DNA of 64,000 bases from Syncephalis fuscata S228 (lineage: Eukaryota > Fungi > Zoopagomycota), in contig JAHLTZ010000036.1 in assembly GCA_025786725.1 (NCBI GenBank), forward strand, positions 186,001 to 250,000. The letters are read 5' to 3'. Below the pieces are notes generated by a model. That model was not told the origin of the DNA and did no database searches. It was given only the letters and a program-made list of their open reading frames with translations. The translations under genes were made by a program, and so were the position numbers. Position 1 is the stretch's first letter. Every line of letters begins with the position of its first letter. This document shows positions 57,986 through 64,000 of this stretch, piece after piece.

Positions 57986-59838
57986 ATGTTGCCTAATTAC
58001 TTTCGTTTCAGCCTACTTTACTCAAAGAGGATAGCAAAACAACAAATAATCTGTTCTTTTACACGAACACTATCGGGGACAGCTGGAAATTCAATAGCAG
58101 TTACACGTTCAGCGCAAAAGAACTCACCACCAGCTGGCTTTTCAAACCGTGGTCAAACAACAACTACAACTACAAATAACGACGGCCAGCTGGCGTTTCC
58201 ATGCGTAGACTTATTGGCTGACCGGCAAAGAGCGCTAGATAACGGACCAGAGCCGGCGTATGACCGTGTCGTTACCGGCTACGAGCTGTTTAACTACAAT
58301 GGAAATCCATTTTTGATGGATCATGGCGGACAGCTCACCAGCTTTCAGCTAGCGTATGAAACTTGGGGCAAGTTAGCTGCGGATAAATCAAATGCTATTC
58401 TGCTTCATACAGGCTTATCGGCTAGTAGCCATGCTCGTAGTCACGCAAAAAACGAAGCACCTGGCTGGTGGGAACGATTTATTGGTAAGAAGGCTGTACA
58501 AAATTCTATTTTTCCACCTCCTAAGCATTGGCGCTATTACTAGGTCCTGGTAGGCCATTAGATACCAATAAGTTTTTTATTATTTGCACAAATGTATTGG
58601 GTGGCTGCTATGGCTCCACCGGCCCAAGTTCAATCAATCCAGATACAGATGAACGTTACGCTACTAGATTTCCAATTTTGACCATTTTTGACATGGTTCG
58701 CGCACAGTTCTGTCTTTTGGATTACTTTGGCATCCAACGCTTGCACGCTAGTGTTGGTGCTAGCATGGGTGGTATGCAGGTTAGTTAATTAGCATTATTG
58801 CTTTACAAGTGATCTATATCTATAACTAAACACTGTTTAGTCACTGACAGCAGCCTCACTGTTTCCGGATAGAGTTGGTCGGCTAATTACTATATCTGCT
58901 TGTGCTCGCTCACATCCTTATTCCATTGCTTTGCGACATACACAACGACAAGGCAAGTTAGTGAGAAAATATACTTTCAATACTAAGTATTTATTTAGTA
59001 TTAATGTCTGATCCCAACTGGAAAAAGGGACATTATTATGGTAGTGCTCCACCACATATTGGTATGAAGGTAATTTGTTATTGTAACATGGATTTATTCT
59101 AATGTTGTCTAATATAGCTTGCACGTGAAATTGCTACAATCACGTAAGTAGTTAAATTTAACATCAATTACTTATTAACACTGCCACGCAACTGCCATTT
59201 AGCTATCGATCTGGTCCTGAGTGGGAGCAGCGATTTGGACGCAAACGTGCTGACGAAGACATGGAACCGGCTATGTGTCCAGATTTTCTCATTGAAACAT
59301 ATCTTGACCACCAGGTAAATAGACTACACCGACTGATTTGCACTAATAGCGCATTTAAATGAATTAAACGTAGGGGGAGCGATTTTGTTTACAATACGAT
59401 GCTAATTCATGGCTTTACATTTCAAAAGCCATGGATATGTTTGATTTGTCCGCATCAGCTCAACAACACTTGGCGGAAAAACGACAATCACACCATTCTA
59501 GCACCGGGTTATTTAATGTCGATTCAACTCCAAGCAAAAGTACATGTTCGTCTGAATTCCCCGTTACTAGCCATGCATCTCAAACTGCTTCGAATAATCT
59601 ACACGACCTCGTAAAAGGACTTTCGCACGTACAAATGCCTACATTAGTATTGGGCGTACAGTCAGATATATTGTTTCCTCATTGGCAACAGCGAGAGATT
59701 GCACAATGCTTACGAGAAGCTGGAAATCATAACATCACACATTATGAACTAGATGCCATTTACGGCCATGACACATTTCTTATCGATGTTGTGACGGTGG
59801 GTGCAGCCGTCAAAGGCCATCTTGAAAACCAAATCTAA
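57986..59838 (+). CDS. cys2: Serine O-acyltransferase (Cys2/CysA type; homoserine O-acetyltransferase family), likely mitochondrial
   Basis: LAFPCVD and GPEPAY N-terminal motifs, [10 protein letters not shown] (not the Met2 CHALTG), nucleophile GASMGG, and SDILFP and YGHDTFL triad motifs. Basic N-terminal presequence; GC donor at 58953. Confidence 0.88.
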
Positions 59839-60499
59839 GTTACTACGGCAACTTGAATACTCTAGTCAATAAATAAAACCGATCTTTTTCTATTTTATTG
59901 CTTTCATTATTATTCTGATGACATGTTGCATGATTATGGGTGTTTGATGTCAAATGATATTATCCATTTTATTATATTCACTATTTTACTAATGAACTAA
60001 ATAAACATATCTACAATAATGGCATTTATTACTATGCTGTCAATATTCTATTTCACATTACTATATACTCATTCATATTAACTAAACAAATTACAAGTTA
60101 CACCATTATACTCCTTTTCTCTTTCTTCAAATTTGACAATATTCATTTATTGAATAAATTTATACACTATAAATGTTACTTGTTTAAAGTTAGTAGCTAA
60201 ATAACTGCTAACTCAAATGCAAACGCATTTCATACCGTGCCATTATAAAAATATTTTTGAATGTTGTCTTTTTTAATTACTTTCATTAATATGGTAGATG
60301 TTTATTGAATTGGTGTTTTATTTTGTTTGAGTAAATACTGCTAAAATTTTGTCATTCATTTTGTTGTAATACCGATCATTAATTATTGTATCAAAGCTAG
60401 TAGGTTACGTCAACATACTAGCATTTAAACTTATTCAGTAATCATAAAATTTTTTCTGTTATGTGCTCAATTGCCGGCACGATTAATGTATTAACTATA

Positions 60500-60864
60500 A
60501 TGCCATGTTCTAAGGGTGGTAGGCGATAAAAAATAGAACAAAACATCATGTATTATTATGCCTCTTTTCGCCTATGTCCTTTCTTAAGGCTCGGTAAATT
60601 GAAGGCAATGGGTAATCATATCATCTCCATACGTATCCAATTGTATGACCATTTGACTGATGATTATAGTTCCAGGCTTAACTGGTCCCATGTCAAAAAT
60701 CAATTGATATGTCCTGTTTCACCAGTTTGAGGCCCGACTAAGGTGAGGTGTTGACGTGTGATCACCATGCTTATTTGACTAAGAACTGTCGTATTTCAAT
60801 CCTCTGTGTTCCTTTGTATAACACAGAAAATCCCGCCCGAGCCATGTATGAGATTATTAATTAA
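60500..60864 (+). pseudogene. Decayed AAT 3' fragment
   Basis: Reads LGKLKAMGNHIISIRIQLYDHLTDDYSSRLNWSHVKNQ, then frameshifts and stops; ends ...AMYEIIN*. Confidence 0.88.
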
Positions 60865-61920
60865 TTGGTGTGGGAGTTGCGGATTTGAGACAAATGCAAA
60901 TAAATGTTTGATATGTGTAAAACTACAGTGCCTTTACTTCGGTAATTCTATGAAACTACACTGCGTTTTATTTACGTCTACACTTTACATTAGTAAATAG
61001 GTCTTTATATTAGCACTAAATATGGCATAAATACAATGTTTGGAAATAAAACAAGCTATACTGTTTTGGCCTACTCCTATACACTGTTTGATTATCGCCT
61101 GGGCCACTGAAACCGTGTTAATAGCGATAGTGGTGGTATTAGCAAGCATAGTAGTAAATGTGACCGTTCTTGAATATTACTATTTAGAATACAAATATGT
61201 CATATTAATTGACGATGGTGGTGCGGTAAAGGGCAATTGTACGCGTTAAAAGATACGTTCAGTCATAATAGCAATAGCCATAAAATAGTTCAGATTTCTT
61301 AAAACGGTTGATGTGTGCGTTTGTTTAAAACAATTCTAAACGAGTTAAGGGGAACACGGTGTAATGAATGACATGTTCAAATCAATACAATATGCTAGTT
61401 ATCAAATATATATTATATGTAAAATAGCACAAAATATCACTAATTTATTTGCTAATAAACGCTAATTAGCTACATACCTATATTTTGTGTAAATGAAAAA
61501 TATTGCATGCGTATGAATAGCAAACATTTAGTACAAGTGTAAATATTAGGAGCTAGATAATTCATGTCACCAGTTATGGTAATGATACACAGGCTAGGAG
61601 GCCTGTTGGTGAAACGCCAACGGTGGCGTCACCAAATGGATGGATACATGTTTCAAGAGACACTGTGACGGATGGTTTTAACGTCGATACGACTTTCGTA
61701 TTTAAAGGGTGGTTGATAGACCGACAAATAAACTATACAACATCATCCAAGTACAATTATAGTGATCAATTCACTAACGCTCTATTATCTTTTTACGTAC
61801 CCCATACAAACAGTCGGGCTGGCACCGCGGTTAACTACGATACACCACGATTAACAACAACAACAACAATAGGATAACTATCCATACGAAAACATTCACA
61901 AACAAAGTTTATTCATCAAA

Positions 61921-62827
61921 ATGCGCGTCACTTTTTCTGCTTTATTCCTTTTCAGTCTCGCCGTGATTGTCTCTGCCAAGAGACATTATCCACGAGCATT
62001 CCAAGTCAATCATTTTGAGCGACGAGGTATTATTACCTATTATACACCAAGTAACGATGCCTGTACCGGCAAGTCCTCCAGCTCAAGTGACATGGTGGCT
62101 GCTTTAGCAAAATCCGATTTTGGTGGCGATTATGGAGGCAACACCGAAAAATCACCCACATGTGGCCGCTGTGTTGAAGTTACCGGACCTCTTGGTAAAG
62201 TTGTGGTCAAGATTGTTGATATGTGTGAATGTAAGTATTTGTTTATTAAGTTTAAAAAATACAATACTAATTATTACTTTAGCATGCAACAGTGGCCATG
62301 TAGATCTTAGTCCAGTTGCTTTTGAAAAAGTGGCTAAAAAAAGCGCTGGTAAACTGACTGCCCAATGGAAGTTTGTTGACTGCTCTGGCGCATCAAGCGG
62401 CGGCAAAACCTCCGAACCAGCACCAGTAACTGAAGGCAAAGAAGCTGGAGACAAGGGGGGTGATGAATCCGGTGACAAGACTGACACTGCCGAAAGCGAT
62501 TCCAGTAACAAAAAAAACAAAGGTTACGGAAAGAAGGATTCTGGTAGCAATAAGACTGAAGGTGATAGTACTGATAGTTCGGAGTCGAATAGCGGCAGTA
62601 AAGATAGCAGCACTGGTAGTTCGGATTCAGGCAACGACGGTGGCAATAGTGGTGACAGCGATTCTGGCAAATATAACGGTGGTGGCAAGAGTGGCGGTAA
62701 AAAGTCAAAGGGTAAGAAGAACAAGGACAAAAAACAAAAGCAAGGTGGCAAGAACCATGATGACTCTAAAAAAAAGTCTGGCAGTAAAAAGCAAAAAAAT
62801 GATTCTAAAAAATCATATGGCTATTAA
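61921..62827 (+). CDS. Secreted RlpA-like/DPBB protein, copy 5; 147-aa S/G/K/D tail
   Basis: Intact, intron 62231-62282, HVDLSPVAF motif. Confidence 0.92.
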
Positions 62828-64000
62828 TGTAGATAGATTAGTATTGCTAGGCTGGTCCTGGCAAACGTGTATACGACAAATGAATAAACACATGATGAAC
62901 AAACGATTATAGTATCCATTTATTTATATAATTTAATGTTCTGTTGCTATACCTTGTACAATACATTGCTGTTGATTTGTAACTATACTGATGATATACT
63001 CTATGATAATGATTTATTTTAAGACAAAATAACATTTATTTGTTTTTATTATATTCGTTTATTGATATGTATGTTCTATGATGATGAGTAGTTTTAATGT
63101 TAAATGGCTTTTATTCTTAATGCATTATTGCTTCACTTGTTGTTCTATACTGTACCGACATGTTGGGTAAATTGACTTTTATTATTTCACACTCCATTTA
63201 TTAATAAATTAAACTCCTTTGTTTATAAATATTGACTGACAGGCTCACATCTCACAATCTACGTCATCACTTTCACTTTCTTTTTCTTCACACTTGATAG
63301 TATACATCCATTGCATATACTTGTACGCTCCATACATGCTACTTAGCTGGTGTCAGTAACTACTGACTACCAGACAACTGCAAACACTTTTGCATTAATC
63401 TCTTGCATTGCTTTTCTTTAAGCTTACCTTTTTGCAAATTACCTTATTCACTTTGAACATTGGTATTGACAGCTTCTTTAACGTGGTAGGTACCTTTCTG
63501 TCTTGTTTCTATGCTATGTTGAATATATGCTATATTTTGCTATAGATTGCCACTACAGGTCAGCTGGCAACAGCTTTACTATTCAACAGCGGCAGTGCGA
63601 TCTACTACTGTCGAGACGGTACGGCTGCTGTCAGTACGATCTGCCGCGGCAATCTATAGCAAAGCAGTGTATATAGTGATTGTGGCAGCATATAGCCAGC
63701 ATAGTCGCCATGTACAGCTGCTGTATGCATACACCACCAATATTAGTATATCGAACTGCTAGTATAGTTGCTAAGTAAGTCTTCAGCACCAGTGCAACGA
63801 TGCGAGTTGCACTGTGCTATTATGTATGTGCACAGCTGTCAATACGATGACTGTGGTGACTATATGCGCTGTTATTACTTCTCTACCTGAACATTCTCGC
63901 TCAACACTGCTTCTTTCTAAACATCGGCGTTTTTAAATGCAACAACTAATGCAAGACCTAACACGCTAACTGTGTAGACTGTAGTATATTTGAGCAAATG

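Overview
AT-rich, intron-dense eukaryotic DNA from an early-diverging fungus. A Zoopagomycota/Syncephalis-like lineage is my inference from the gene content and intron style. Housekeeping genes: PEX6, tRNA-Gln(CTG), glutaredoxin, TAPT1/EMP65, TRAPPC2L, SCP160/vigilin, an Esc1-like bHLH factor, NUP82, two forkhead factors, mitochondrial aspartate aminotransferase (AAT), a 7-TM protein, a bacterial-type elongation factor P with a mitochondrial-looking presequence, TMEM242-like, PPG1 phosphatase and a Cys2-type serine O-acyltransferase. Across 31.8-63.3 kb lies a dynamic array of five secreted RlpA/DPBB (expansin/loosenin-like) genes with variable charged tails. Each sits downstream of the AAT 3' end (the intact gene for copy 1, a fragment for the other four). 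The copies form a young 4.2-kb palindrome and an older inverted pair bracketing the Cys2 gene, with mosaic exchange between copies and a 664-bp TG..CA insertion (4-bp TSD) in one 3' flank. Other notable signals are two U12-type introns in adjacent genes, five perfect ATCWGATAA (iron-GATA-factor-type) sites upstream of a forkhead gene, and an E-box cluster upstream of the bHLH gene. At least 12 frame breaks in conserved genes are most likely assembly errors. All alignments were done by eye.
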